Below, piece by piece: positions 45,585 to 55,744 of a DNA stretch of 64,000 nt (the first letter of the stretch is position 1; the number at the start of each line of letters is the position of its first letter). A program made the position numbers and the translations under genes. The DNA comes from Flavobacteriales bacterium (GTDB lineage: Bacteria; Bacteroidota; Bacteroidia; Palsa-965): positions 1 through 64,000 of the forward strand of contig JBEIPA010000003.1 in assembly GCA_040377305.1 (NCBI GenBank). The letters are read 5' to 3'. Below the pieces are notes generated by a model. That model saw only the letters and a list, made by a program, of their open reading frames with translations, made no database searches and was not told where the DNA came from.

Positions 45585-46957
45585 GAAAGTTAATTGTCGT
45601 GCTGATCGTATTCAGCGCTTTTACATCAGGAAAAGTATTTGCACAAACGGGAGCCCGTGTGGTTGATCGTATAGTAGCCGTTGTTGGAAGCCAGATCGTA
45701 AAGGAGTCCGACATCATGGCTTCGTATGAGCCATATCGCGCAGAAGGTTACGCATTGAACGATACTTTGCGCGGAGAGTTGCTCGAAGAATTGATGATCA
45801 ACATGCTGTTGAAGGAACAGGCTATTCATGATAGTATTGTTGTAGATGACGCAGACGTTGATAACGAGCTTGACCGTCGTCTGCGTTATTATATTCAGCA
45901 ACTCGGTTCGGAAGAAGCGTTCGTAAAATTCTACGGTAAGTCTGTGGAGTCTTACAAGTTTGAGTTACGCGGGAAGATCCGTGACCTGATCATGATTCAG
46001 CGGGTTCAAGGTGAAATTGTTGGAGGCGTTACTGTTTCTCCACAGGAAGTGAAAGACTTTTACAACAGCTTCAACCCGGACAGCTTGCCCTTGATCAATT
46101 CACAGGTTGAAGTGGGGCAAATTGTGTTGACTCCACCAGTGAATCAGGAGCTGAAAGAATTTACGCGGATGGAATTGGAGAACATTCGTCTGCAAGTCAT
46201 TTCAGGCAAGCTTGATTTTTGTACAGCGGCAGCCGCGCACAGCGACGATCCCGGATCGAAATTCAATTGCGGTAAATATGAGAATGTTCGTCGCGGAACT
46301 TTTGTGCCGGAATTTGATGCCGTGAGTTTCAGCCTGAAAGACGGAGAATATTCAGAAGTTTTCGAAACAGAATTTGGTTTCCACTTCATGCGATTGATTG
46401 TGCGTAAAGGGGAAGAGGTGTCGATGCAACATATCCTGAAATCAATTCCTACTGCTCCGGCTGATCTTCAGAAATGTAAAACGCGTCTGGATTCAATCAT
46501 GAAAGCAATTCGCATGGACAGCATGACATTCTGCGAGGCGGCTGCGCGTTTTTCAAACGACGAAAACTCAAAGTTCTCTTGTGGATTGATCCTGAATCCG
46601 CTTACGGGCAACAGTAAAATCGACATGGATATTCTCGGTGAGATTGATCCGAATCCTGACTTTCCGGTAATTGTTGGTGGACTGAAAGTCGGAGCTTATT
46701 CTGCACCACATCCGTGTTACACGATGGATGGTAAACAGGGCTATCGTGTGTTGTGGCTGAAGTCACGATCAGAACCGCACCGAGCAAACCTGAAAGATGA
46801 TTATCAATTGATTCAGGATATGGCGCTTGAGAAGAAGCAAGACGAGAAGATGCGTACATGGATCATGAGTAAACTTCCGCACACGTATATACGCGTTGCA
46901 GACAGCGATCGTCATCACAAATTCAAGTATCCTTGGCTGTCATACATTAAGCCATAG
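45581..46957 (+). CDS. surA: SurA-like chaperone/PPIase
   Basis: VVDRIVAVVG, VTVSPQEV, SDDPGS, FVPEF, ETEFGFH, HIL. Confidence 0.85.
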   Translation: MRKLIVVLIVFSAFTSGKVFAQTGARVVDRIVAVVGSQIVKESDIMASYEPYRAEGYALNDTLRGELLEELMINMLLKEQAIHDSIVVDDADVDNELDRRLRYYIQQLGSEEAFVKFYGKSVESYKFELRGKIRDLIMIQRVQGEIVGGVTVSPQEVKDFYNSFNPDSLPLINSQVEVGQIVLTPPVNQELKEFTRMELENIRLQVISGKLDFCTAAAAHSDDPGSKFNCGKYENVRRGTFVPEFDAVSFSLKDGEYSEVFETEFGFHFMRLIVRKGEEVSMQHILKSIPTAPADLQKCKTRLDSIMKAIRMDSMTFCEAAARFSNDENSKFSCGLILNPLTGNSKIDMDILGEIDPNPDFPVIVGGLKVGAYSAPHPCYTMDGKQGYRVLWLKSRSEPHRANLKDDYQLIQDMALEKKQDEKMRTWIMSKLPHTYIRVADSDRHHKFKYPWLSYIKP

Positions 46958-46975
46958 TTCAACCTAAAGAAACAT

Positions 46976-47011
46976 CACGCAGCGCCTCAGCATTTGCTGT
47001 GCCGCTGCGGT
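46976..47011. repeat. Mini hairpin between surA and the second moxR-like gene
   Basis: cacgcagcgcctcagc-attt-gctgtgccgctgcggt. Confidence 0.5.
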
Positions 47012-47023
47012 AAACAGTTAGAT

Positions 47024-47989
47024 ATGCAGCAGTTCAAGAGCGACGTTGAAGCAGTAGATTACTTCCAGGACAAGTACAAAAAACTCTCTGCAGAGATTCA
47101 TAAAGTTATTGTAGGACAAGACGACGTTGTGAAAGACGTTCTCATTTCCATTTTCTCGAACGGTCACTGTTTGCTTGTAGGTGTACCCGGACTTGCGAAA
47201 ACTTTGCTGGTAAATACGATTGCGCAATCGCTTGGTTTGAGTTACAACCGTATTCAGTTTACACCCGATCTGATGCCTTCGGATATAATCGGAACAGAAA
47301 TTCTGGATGAGTCCCGCAATTTCAAATTTGTAAAAGGTCCGTTGTTTTCGAATATCATTCTCGCGGATGAGATCAACCGTACGCCACCGAAAACACAAGC
47401 AGCACTGCTCGAAGCCATGCAGGAGCGCGCTGTAACTGCAGCCGGAAAGCGCTACTCACTCGATAAACCATTCTTCGTACTCGCTACACAAAACCCGATC
47501 GAGCAGGAGGGAACATATCCTCTTCCGGAAGCACAACTTGACCGTTTCATGTTCAACGTGTGGCTCGATTATCCTTCGTACAAAGAAGAGATTGAAGTGG
47601 TGCGTCAGACAACAACAGATCGTGCAATCACTCCGGACAAAGTTCTGGGTGCAGACGAAATCCTCTTCATTCAGGAGTTGGTTCGTCGTGTTCCTGTTCC
47701 GGAAAATGTGCTTGAATACGCTGTAAAACTCGCTTCGAAAACGCGTCCGAATACAGAGCATGCCACTGCGGATATTAACCGCTTACTCTCCTGGGGTGCA
47801 GGTCCGCGTGCATCACAATATCTGGTGCTCGGCGCAAAATGTCACGCTGTTGTTTCAGGCAAATACTCTCCCGATATCGAAGACGTTCGCGCAGTAGCCG
47901 GACCAATTCTTCGTCACCGTATCGTCCGCAATTATAAGGCGGAAGCGGAAGGGGTTTCTGTTGAGTCCATAATCAAGGGTCTTCTGTAA
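47024..47989 (+). CDS. Second MoxR family AAA+ ATPase
   Basis: GVPGLAKT, IQFTPDLMPSD, DEINRTPPKTQ, EQEGTYPLPEAQLDRF. Confidence 0.94.
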   Translation: MQQFKSDVEAVDYFQDKYKKLSAEIHKVIVGQDDVVKDVLISIFSNGHCLLVGVPGLAKTLLVNTIAQSLGLSYNRIQFTPDLMPSDIIGTEILDESRNFKFVKGPLFSNIILADEINRTPPKTQAALLEAMQERAVTAAGKRYSLDKPFFVLATQNPIEQEGTYPLPEAQLDRFMFNVWLDYPSYKEEIEVVRQTTTDRAITPDKVLGADEILFIQELVRRVPVPENVLEYAVKLASKTRPNTEHATADINRLLSWGAGPRASQYLVLGAKCHAVVSGKYSPDIEDVRAVAGPILRHRIVRNYKAEAEGVSVESIIKGLL

Positions 47990-48112
47990 TTCGAAAATTT
48001 GAAGATTCGAAATTCGAGAAGGTAGTCGGGGCATTGGAAACGACACTCTGACCGATTTCGCGAGCAAATTCCGGTCAAATCTTCAAATTTTCGAATATCC
48101 AAATCTTCGAAT
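47989..48112. repeat. Inverted 8-mer arms starting at the stop codon
   Basis: attcgaaaatttgaagattc (47989-48008) versus aaatcttcaaattttcgaat (48077-48096), 19/20 complementary, plus further units. Confidence 0.8.
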
Positions 48113-48194
48113 GCCTCTGGCATTTCTTATATTTGGTACGCTGATCCCGCTTATCGGCACAAATTTTGCCTTATAGCAGGGCCAAACCAACCAC

Positions 48195-48971
48195 ATGAAA
48201 CAGCGTTTACCCCTCTTGATCGCTCTACTTGTACTTCCGGCAGTATTTGTCGCGCAAGGATTCGGACTACCTCCGGGATTTGATCTCAAGCAATTCAACA
48301 AGAACGAAGAACAGGCGCTCTGGTTTATCCAGTACGACTCCATGATTGTACGCGTTCAGAATTTCGATCGCGGAACAGCCGGGAAAGATTTCATCTGTTT
48401 TCAGGATAAGAAAGGCTGGAAAGTTGTTGCCGGAAGAATTGATTCGGCTCGCGGTATCATCGACCGCAAATGGTTTTCTGTGGATGTGAAGAACGTGGTT
48501 ACAGAAATGAAGAAAGAAGGAGACACGGTTCTTATTACATCAATGGGTCATGCCTTATACAACGGCGCAGTGGCGCACAAGAAACTGAAACTGTCCACTT
48601 CAGCTGTCTGGAAAAAATTCATTCGACAAAACGCCGATCTCACTTACACCGTAACTTATTTCTGTGATCAGGATGCGGGCGGTGTAATCTGGTACGGACC
48701 GGAATGCAACTGGTGGTACAGCGCAGATGGCATGAATCTCGTCACCACAAAAATTTCTGCAACGAAAGCACCCATGATGGCAACATCAACAGGTAATTTC
48801 CTCAACTTCTCTTGTCCCACCGAGAAGATGCCGACCATCGGAACCATGTGGATGGCTCACCGTGTTGGGCAGAAATATCCGAACGTTCACATCATCTATA
48901 AGACGGGGACGAGTACGTTGACTTATAACGCTACGAGCGGATCCTACTCTTGGATGCACGCTGCGAACTAG
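48195..48971 (+). CDS. Secreted hypothetical protein
   Basis: Signal peptide; TATATTTG at 48128-48135. Confidence 0.75.
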   Translation: MKQRLPLLIALLVLPAVFVAQGFGLPPGFDLKQFNKNEEQALWFIQYDSMIVRVQNFDRGTAGKDFICFQDKKGWKVVAGRIDSARGIIDRKWFSVDVKNVVTEMKKEGDTVLITSMGHALYNGAVAHKKLKLSTSAVWKKFIRQNADLTYTVTYFCDQDAGGVIWYGPECNWWYSADGMNLVTTKISATKAPMMATSTGNFLNFSCPTEKMPTIGTMWMAHRVGQKYPNVHIIYKTGTSTLTYNATSGSYSWMHAAN

Positions 48972-49074
48972 TGAGCTTCGCGGGGTAAAGAGTAGAGAGT
49001 AAAGGGGCGAGAGCAACCGACTACGATCATAATACACATGGTTGTCAAATTAGCAATTTGTTCAAACTTGAATT

Positions 49075-49325
49075 ATGAGAAAAGTTCAACTTGTGACAAT
49101 CTCAATAGTCACAACCATTTTTGGAATTCTCTTTCTTGGGTTGTATCTCAATTATTTGCTTGACGACAAATATCTATACGATTCAAATTTACCTAATGTG
49201 CAGGTTTAACAGGTGGCAAATTTGTTCAAGGAAAGAATGGCGTCCTGTGTTGGATTTACGCTCGCACTGTTGTTGTGGATTTTAGAGTTAACGGCATTGT
49301 GCATCAGGTGACTGGTGAAGAATAA
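49075..49325 (+). pseudogene. Probable frameshifted membrane-protein remnant
   Basis: MRKVQLVTISIVTTIFGILFLGLYLNY... stops at 49209; the -1 frame continues ...TVVVDFRVNGIVHQVTGEE* to 49325. Confidence 0.35.
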
Positions 49326-49399
49326 GTAATCGCAAGAATTTATCCGTTTACAAACGTTTGTTACCGACTAGTGTCGTTGACTTGTCTTTCATTTGCGCT

Positions 49400-49765
49400 A
49401 TGGAAAATCACTTCACTTTTGAAGACCTCAAGGTCTACCAGCGCGCACTGGATTTTATTGATAAAGTCTACGCTGCAACCGAAAAATATCCTTCTACGGA
49501 AAAATTCAATCTTACCAGTCAATTTCAGCGGGCCTCCGTTTCAATTTCCTTGAATATTGCAGAAGGAAATGGGTCAACCAACAAGGAGAACTTGAAGTAC
49601 CTTGGAATTGCGTCTCGGTCACTTAAAGAATGCGTAGTCTGCATTACCATTTCATTGCGAAGAAAGTACATTGATCAAGATGTTCACAATGCCTTACGCA
49701 ATGAGTTGGCTGAAATAAGTCGCATGATAAGCGGCTTGAAAAATTACATGAAGAAAAACATGTAG
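49400..49765 (+). CDS. Four helix bundle protein (TIGR02436 / 23S rRNA IVS-protein family)
   Basis: FEDLKVYQRA, YPSTEKFNLTSQFQRASVSISLNIAEG, LGIASRSLKEC. Confidence 0.92.
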   Translation: MENHFTFEDLKVYQRALDFIDKVYAATEKYPSTEKFNLTSQFQRASVSISLNIAEGNGSTNKENLKYLGIASRSLKECVVCITISLRRKYIDQDVHNALRNELAEISRMISGLKNYMKKNM

Positions 49766-49828
49766 AAACGGGAGACGAACTCGGATTTACCCGGTTCTGT
49801 CTCCCGCCTCTTTACTCTCTCCTCTTTA

Positions 49829-52800
49829 CTAATTATACACTTCCGGAATAACATCCACCCACATCCCCATCTTCCGCGCATTCACAGCATTGTCATACAT
49901 CGCTTCGCAATACACTGCCGGTAAATAGAAGTGTCCGGTGTACGTGGCGTGAAGCTGTACGCGATAAGTGCGAGATGAATTCTGTCCGATGTAGAAGTAG
50001 GTGAGTGCACGATCATCGCGAATGTCGCGGTAGTCGAAGTAATCTGATTTCGCCATCGGTTCTCCCGGACCAGCCATCATACGCTCGTTGCGCACTTCCC
50101 AACCCGAAGGGAAAATTTGTGTGAGCGCCATCTCGCGATACTCTCCGCGCAAACCGGGATTGCTGATTACAACTTCTGCAATGAAGTCGGTTCCCTGCGT
50201 GATTTGTTTCGGATCGAGATCCAATCCATTCATGCTGAAGTAACGAACATTCATGAGCAGGTTCGATTGTGCATCTTTTTCATTTCCTGCTTCAGGCACA
50301 CCAGCGAGAACAACGCGAACGTAAAGAATTCCTTTTCCGTTGTTCTTCACAGTAACTTTTCCAGGGTTTATTCCTTTCACATTCATGTCGGTTTGTGAAA
50401 CAGGATCTTTGATGTCAATCGTTCCGCTCTTGCCGTCGATGGTGTATTCTGCCTGAACACCTTTTTGTCCGGGATCTCCAGAAGAGAACTTGCACAACGC
50501 AAGCAACGTGTACGCAGTGGCTTGTGTGTTCATGTAGTAGTACGTGCGGTTCATGCGATCTGAAAGTGCTTTCGCAACCGGCGCACCCATTGTGCGATAC
50601 GTTCCGCCCATGAGACTGAGTGTTTCGAGAATCATGGCTTCATCGCGATCACCGCTACCGTAGGAGTAGGAATATTCGGTGTACGGTGAAATGGTTGTAG
50701 ATAGTCCCGTTACGATCTGTTTCGCAATTTCCGGTTGACCTGCGAGGTGATATGCAGCTGCCAGTCTCCACTTTGCCTGAAGCGTAAGTGTTTTTACTTC
50801 ACGCAAGCGATTCATCGCACCAAGTTCAGGAGCTTTCGCAAGCGCAAGTGTGTACAAGCGATACGCCTGAATCAAATCATCGTTGCGGTAGTAGAAACGA
50901 TCGTAACGTGGAGACCAATTCATCGCTTGTTCTTTCTGGAACGATTTCCAATCTGCCATCACACCACCGGGAAGTGTATAGCCTTTCGCTTCGGCTTCGA
51001 GCAGGAAATGACCAGCGTAGTTCGAGCCCCATTCGCTCGGGTATTGATCGCCTGGCCAGTATGCAAATCCTCCCGAAGAAGTCTGGAAGTCGCGCAAATG
51101 GTTGACCGCAGCTGTTACGTTTTCTTTGACCATACCTTTCTGATTCTCGGTGAGGTCAACTACATCATCGAGATAAAGTTGCGGGAATGCAGCAGACGTC
51201 GTTTGCTCAATACATCCGTGCGGATAGCTGATCAGATACTTTAATCGTTCTCCAAGATTCAGCGGAGGAATACTACTGATCTCAAGCGTTCCGGAATTTG
51301 TTCCTAGTATTCCAACCGGAATGTAATCACTAGTCCATGTTTGACCGGGATCAACGATTGCTTCTTTCGCTTCCGTCATTCTCGGATTCGGATTGCGCAC
51401 ATCAATTTCAATTTCGTACACTGCTGTCTCACCGCCACCTTTCGCAATAATCTTCACTGTGCCAAGTCCTGCTGCCTTCGCAACATTGAGTTTGTAGGTG
51501 AGCACTTCTTCGCCGATTGCTTTGAAGTTGACAGATTTAGTTGCGCCATCAGCAATCGTGAACATTTCGTTCGTGCTTACAGTGACTGTTACGTCTTTCA
51601 CTTTTGATTCCATTGCGAAAATGTTCACTGGCAAGTCAACCGTTTCACCAGGACCAACCACGCGCGGTAATGTTCCGAGAATCATCAACGGCTTGCGAAC
51701 AGGAACTGCTTTCTCCGCATTTCCATACGCGGCATCCTGTCCGGCGATAACCATCACACGAACAGAACCAACGTACTGTGGCATCATCACCGCGTGATTC
51801 ATTTTTTGTCCGGCTTTCAATTCGAATGGCCCGAGGAATTTCACCATCGGTTTGAATCGATTCGCTTTCTGTGTGCCTTTGTCTTTTCCTTCTCCATCAC
51901 CACCAATACCGAGTACACGTTCAAGTTCTGCGCCGTAAGCACCCATGACCATGTCGTACATATCCCACGTCTTCACACCAAGTGCTTCGCGCGAGTAGAA
52001 ATTATTCCATGGATCGGGAGTTTTGAATCGGGTGAGATCCAACAATCCTTCATCGACGATCGCAAGTGTGTACGTCATTGGTTTTCCGTTCTGTTCGCTG
52101 ACAGAAACATTCGCAATAGATTCCGGAGCCCACGCAGCAGCAGTTGTAATGACCGGTTCCAGATGCGTTTTCGGATCATCGACCACGATTGGTATTACGC
52201 CATACATTCTGATCGGTGCATCGTTCACCGTTTGTGCATGCGGTTGTATCAGAGTAACACCCACGTACACGTTCGGTGACATTTCTGCCGTAATCGGAAT
52301 GGCGTAACTGAGATTTCCTTTCGCTTTCGATTCAACCCAATAGTGTCCAAGAATTCCAGCGCCGTTTTCAACAGTGATCAGTGCGCGACCTTGTCCCGGA
52401 GAAGGAATCGTAATGTTCATTGTTTCTCCAACGGTGTACGATTTCTTATCCGAACTAAACTGAAGAAGACTCGCTGCTTCGTTGTTACGCGATGAGCTTC
52501 CGTCCCAGTATGGCCAGTCGAACCAAACCACTTTTCCTGTGGAATGTCCCGCTTTGTCGGTTACACGAATAAGGTAACGACCGTATTCATCGTCTTTCAC
52601 TTTGATGTTGAATGCGCCTTTTCCTTTTGCATCGGAATTGATTACCGTGTCAAGTATTGGTTCGTAGTAGTTGCTGTTTACATAGTAAGCAAGATCGTTG
52701 TAACCAGACGACCACCACCAACGCCAGCTCATCTTGTAGACTTTCACTTGTAAGTCGTTTCGCTGTGCAACTTTGCCGGTTTCATCAACTGATTGAGTCA

Positions 52801-55438
52801 GGATCGTATAGTTGGTTCCTGTGAATAATGTACCACCCCAGCCACTTCCTTCCGGTGCGTAAACTCCAACGTAATGCGAGTATGGAGAGAATTCGCTGGT
52901 GAAGTAGTCAATGCTGAATGCACCGCTTTGTTCGAATACACGCGTGTTGAACGAGGCGTTCAGTTTTCCCGGAGCACCTTTTCCGTTGAGAGAAGGTGAG
53001 AAAGTAGCTTTACCGTTCTCGTCGAGATTTCCTTCGAAGATGGTTTGATTTTCGGTGTTGAAGTTTGAAGCCGGATCATCGAATTCATAATTGTCGAATC
53101 CTTTGAACTTCGTGTCGCTTTCGTAAAGTGAAACATCAACCTGCGCGTTTAAATTTTTCGCAGGAGCACCAACGAGCCAGTTTGAGGAGAGATTGATTTT
53201 GTCGTCCGTTTTGCTCGCGAGGCCATCCGTTCCGAAATCCATGTTGATCTTCAAACGGTTTGGCATGATGGCTTCAACTTTCAGATTTTTCGTGAAGACC
53301 GCACCACCGACTTTAACTTTCGCAGACCAATATCCGGTTGGAGCTTCTGCATCAGTTGGAGTAGGGAAGGTGTAAAATCCGTTGACAGCAGTTGACTTCA
53401 CCGTGCGACTCACGAGTTGTCCACGCGCATTGTACACTTCCATCGTCACCGGGTGATTTGGAGGAAGCACGTTCAGCTTGTCTTCAAGAATAAATCCAAG
53501 GAAAAGTGTGTCTCCCGGTCGCCACACTCCGCGCTCACCGTAAATCATTCCTTTGATTCCTTTTTGAACTTCGAGTCCGCCCACATCAAATGCGCTCACA
53601 GAAAGTGCAGAACCATCATCCAGCTTCAGATAGCCGCGTTGAGTTCCGTTTTTCGCAACGAGGAGAAATGGTTTTTTCTTTGGCAATTCAATTTCCGCCA
53701 TTCCGTTTGCATCGCTCTTGAATGTTGAGATCAACTGATTCTGGAAACTGTAGAGTTCCATCTCCACATTCGCAAGTGGCATCGTTGACTTGATATCATT
53801 CACAGCGAACAACATGGAGCCGTCGTTGCCTCGTTTTGCCATCAAACCAAGGTCAGATGCAAGTACGTTGCGTGTTATTCCGCGAGAATAGTAGTAGGCG
53901 TTCGAACATGGATCGTCTCGATCTCCATCCCAGTACCAATAGTAATCGTCGTAGTAATCACCACCATAGTATCCGTATTCTCCACCGTCAAATTCAGGAT
54001 CGAATTCTTCTTCGCTTGGTGGAACGTACGCTGTTTCTTCGTCGTTATTCGTTGTGTCTTTCGGACAATTGTACATGGAGTACTCTTTGCGGAAACTGAT
54101 GTTCACACGATAAATTGCACCGGGTTCAGTTGCAATAAGCTGCCCCAAATCGAGTGAATAAGTCGTCCAGCGTGAATAATCCGCTTTCGCTTTGATATTC
54201 AGATCAACTTTTTTCTTCAGTACTACTTTTCCAACACGATACAGTTCGTTGTTTCCATCGATATTATTTACCTGAAGAAATTGCGGAATGTTGTTTTCAT
54301 AAATGCGGATGATCTTTACGTCAACAGCATTCAGGTTCACTACCTGAAACGGGAAAAGCAAACCTTTGTCCGTGTTAGGTAGAATTACACCATTACCAAC
54401 GAGTTTAAGTTCCGGTTTGAGATCTTCGAACTGAACTTTTTGGGTTTGCTTTTTCGACAAGCCAAACCCAAGAATGTTCTTCACGCCGGGATTTACGCTC
54501 ACAGAATAACTTCCGGTTAAATGCTCAGATGGATAGACACGCACATCGTTGTCTTCAACGGTATAACGATAAGTTGAACTCGATTTTTCGATTTCAATCA
54601 ATCCATTCAGGTCCTGTTTCTCCATAATCGGGTCGGAGAATTGAACGACCACACACTGCTCTTGCCCCTGTTCAACCCGAACACCCAGTACTTTGAAATC
54701 TTTCAGCGACGAAACATCAACTTTCTTACTATCTGCAAAATCAACTCCAATTGATTTTCCGTTTACCTCGACTAAGAAACTTCCTGCTTTATCGGTTCTT
54801 GCAATCGAATCAATTGTGAATTTGTGAGTTGCATGATCGATTTCATGTTCCCAGCGAACAGGAAGTTTTTTGCCGTTCTGTGTTGCGGTGAGCACTTTCT
54901 CCAACTCAGCGTTATCAGCCGCATCCCCGGTGATAATACTGCCCTTCATTTGTTGCCAGCGAAGTGTTTTCTTGTCAATCGTTTTTGTCCCTTCCAACTG
55001 ATAATTCATCGTCTGCATCATCGTACGGAAGCTGAACTTCATGCGCTGTAGATTCTCCGGAAGATTTGCAACGAGTTTGCTCAAGGCGAAATCCACCTCG
55101 TAGGATTTATCAGAAGGTAGTCGCTTCGCCGGACGAAACTCGATCGTTCGTGTGTCGATCCAATACGTTTCTCCTTCAATCGCGGGACTGAAAGAAAAGT
55201 ATTCATCGGTTACTGCTTCGTCGATGGTGATTGCACCTGTGTACTCTTCGCTAAGCATTACACGGATGTAAGATTCATTGCTGATTACGCCCGAAGTGTA
55301 AGCTGCAACGTAACCGCTGAATGCAGGATCCACTTTTGTGATTTGGACTGCAGATTCGCTGCGGTTTGCGATGAACGGAATGGAGATCATCGTTATGACA
55401 ATCAGGACAAAGATTCCGAGAAGTACTTTTCTGGACAT
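49829..55438 (-). CDS. Bacterial alpha-2-macroglobulin
   Basis: ERGVWRPGD, LAIVDEGLL, PQYVGSVRVM, LPRV..PGE, thioester YPHGCIEQTTS, EAMYD. Confidence 0.95.
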   Translation of the reverse strand: MSRKVLLGIFVLIVITMISIPFIANRSESAVQITKVDPAFSGYVAAYTSGVISNESYIRVMLSEEYTGAITIDEAVTDEYFSFSPAIEGETYWIDTRTIEFRPAKRLPSDKSYEVDFALSKLVANLPENLQRMKFSFRTMMQTMNYQLEGTKTIDKKTLRWQQMKGSIITGDAADNAELEKVLTATQNGKKLPVRWEHEIDHATHKFTIDSIARTDKAGSFLVEVNGKSIGVDFADSKKVDVSSLKDFKVLGVRVEQGQEQCVVVQFSDPIMEKQDLNGLIEIEKSSSTYRYTVEDNDVRVYPSEHLTGSYSVSVNPGVKNILGFGLSKKQTQKVQFEDLKPELKLVGNGVILPNTDKGLLFPFQVVNLNAVDVKIIRIYENNIPQFLQVNNIDGNNELYRVGKVVLKKKVDLNIKAKADYSRWTTYSLDLGQLIATEPGAIYRVNISFRKEYSMYNCPKDTTNNDEETAYVPPSEEEFDPEFDGGEYGYYGGDYYDDYYWYWDGDRDDPCSNAYYYSRGITRNVLASDLGLMAKRGNDGSMLFAVNDIKSTMPLANVEMELYSFQNQLISTFKSDANGMAEIELPKKKPFLLVAKNGTQRGYLKLDDGSALSVSAFDVGGLEVQKGIKGMIYGERGVWRPGDTLFLGFILEDKLNVLPPNHPVTMEVYNARGQLVSRTVKSTAVNGFYTFPTPTDAEAPTGYWSAKVKVGGAVFTKNLKVEAIMPNRLKINMDFGTDGLASKTDDKINLSSNWLVGAPAKNLNAQVDVSLYESDTKFKGFDNYEFDDPASNFNTENQTIFEGNLDENGKATFSPSLNGKGAPGKLNASFNTRVFEQSGAFSIDYFTSEFSPYSHYVGVYAPEGSGWGGTLFTGTNYTILTQSVDETGKVAQRNDLQVKVYKMSWRWWWSSGYNDLAYYVNSNYYEPILDTVINSDAKGKGAFNIKVKDDEYGRYLIRVTDKAGHSTGKVVWFDWPYWDGSSSRNNEAASLLQFSSDKKSYTVGETMNITIPSPGQGRALITVENGAGILGHYWVESKAKGNLSYAIPITAEMSPNVYVGVTLIQPHAQTVNDAPIRMYGVIPIVVDDPKTHLEPVITTAAAWAPESIANVSVSEQNGKPMTYTLAIVDEGLLDLTRFKTPDPWNNFYSREALGVKTWDMYDMVMGAYGAELERVLGIGGDGEGKDKGTQKANRFKPMVKFLGPFELKAGQKMNHAVMMPQYVGSVRVMVIAGQDAAYGNAEKAVPVRKPLMILGTLPRVVGPGETVDLPVNIFAMESKVKDVTVTVSTNEMFTIADGATKSVNFKAIGEEVLTYKLNVAKAAGLGTVKIIAKGGGETAVYEIEIDVRNPNPRMTEAKEAIVDPGQTWTSDYIPVGILGTNSGTLEISSIPPLNLGERLKYLISYPHGCIEQTTSAAFPQLYLDDVVDLTENQKGMVKENVTAAVNHLRDFQTSSGGFAYWPGDQYPSEWGSNYAGHFLLEAEAKGYTLPGGVMADWKSFQKEQAMNWSPRYDRFYYRNDDLIQAYRLYTLALAKAPELGAMNRLREVKTLTLQAKWRLAAAYHLAGQPEIAKQIVTGLSTTISPYTEYSYSYGSGDRDEAMILETLSLMGGTYRTMGAPVAKALSDRMNRTYYYMNTQATAYTLLALCKFSSGDPGQKGVQAEYTIDGKSGTIDIKDPVSQTDMNVKGINPGKVTVKNNGKGILYVRVVLAGVPEAGNEKDAQSNLLMNVRYFSMNGLDLDPKQITQGTDFIAEVVISNPGLRGEYREMALTQIFPSGWEVRNERMMAGPGEPMAKSDYFDYRDIRDDRALTYFYIGQNSSRTYRVQLHATYTGHFYLPAVYCEAMYDNAVNARKMGMWVDVIPEVYN

Positions 55439-55744
55439 GGGAGTTGGGTGTAGTTATCTAGGGTAAAATTACGATGACAAGTGATTGATCTAAGGAATCG
55501 GAATCCATATTTTTCATGCGAGGTCTGGAGACTGACAACTGTGTTACTTCAAGTGACATCTGCACACTCGTCTGGAAAGTTTGCCTAATTTGATATAATA
55601 ACTGCAATTCTGCCTGTATCGTACGTGCTCAATATCCTCATACTTAATCGTTTATTAATCGACATTTTCAAGGGCTCGGTCTAATTAATGTCTTTTTCGG
55701 ATATGCATTAGTTATATTCGGGTGGCTTCAACGTAAATCACATT

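Larger units (their letters stand above)
48985..49829. mobile_element. Cassette bounded by 29-bp inverted 7-mer arms carrying a four-helix-bundle gene
   Basis: gtaaagagtagagagtaaaggggcgagag (48985-49013) versus ctcccgcctctttactctctcctctttac (49801-49829), 26/29 complementary. Confidence 0.65.

Noticed and set aside
49400-49765. Four-helix-bundle gene as sign of a DGR or a 23S rRNA intervening sequence
   Set aside because: No reverse transcriptase, no TR/VR pair and no rRNA in the window
21744-49829. Short tandem repeats as a possible CRISPR array
   Set aside because: No constant 23-47 nt repeat with unique spacers and no cas1/cas2; the Cas4-like domain of DUF2779 alone is not evidence
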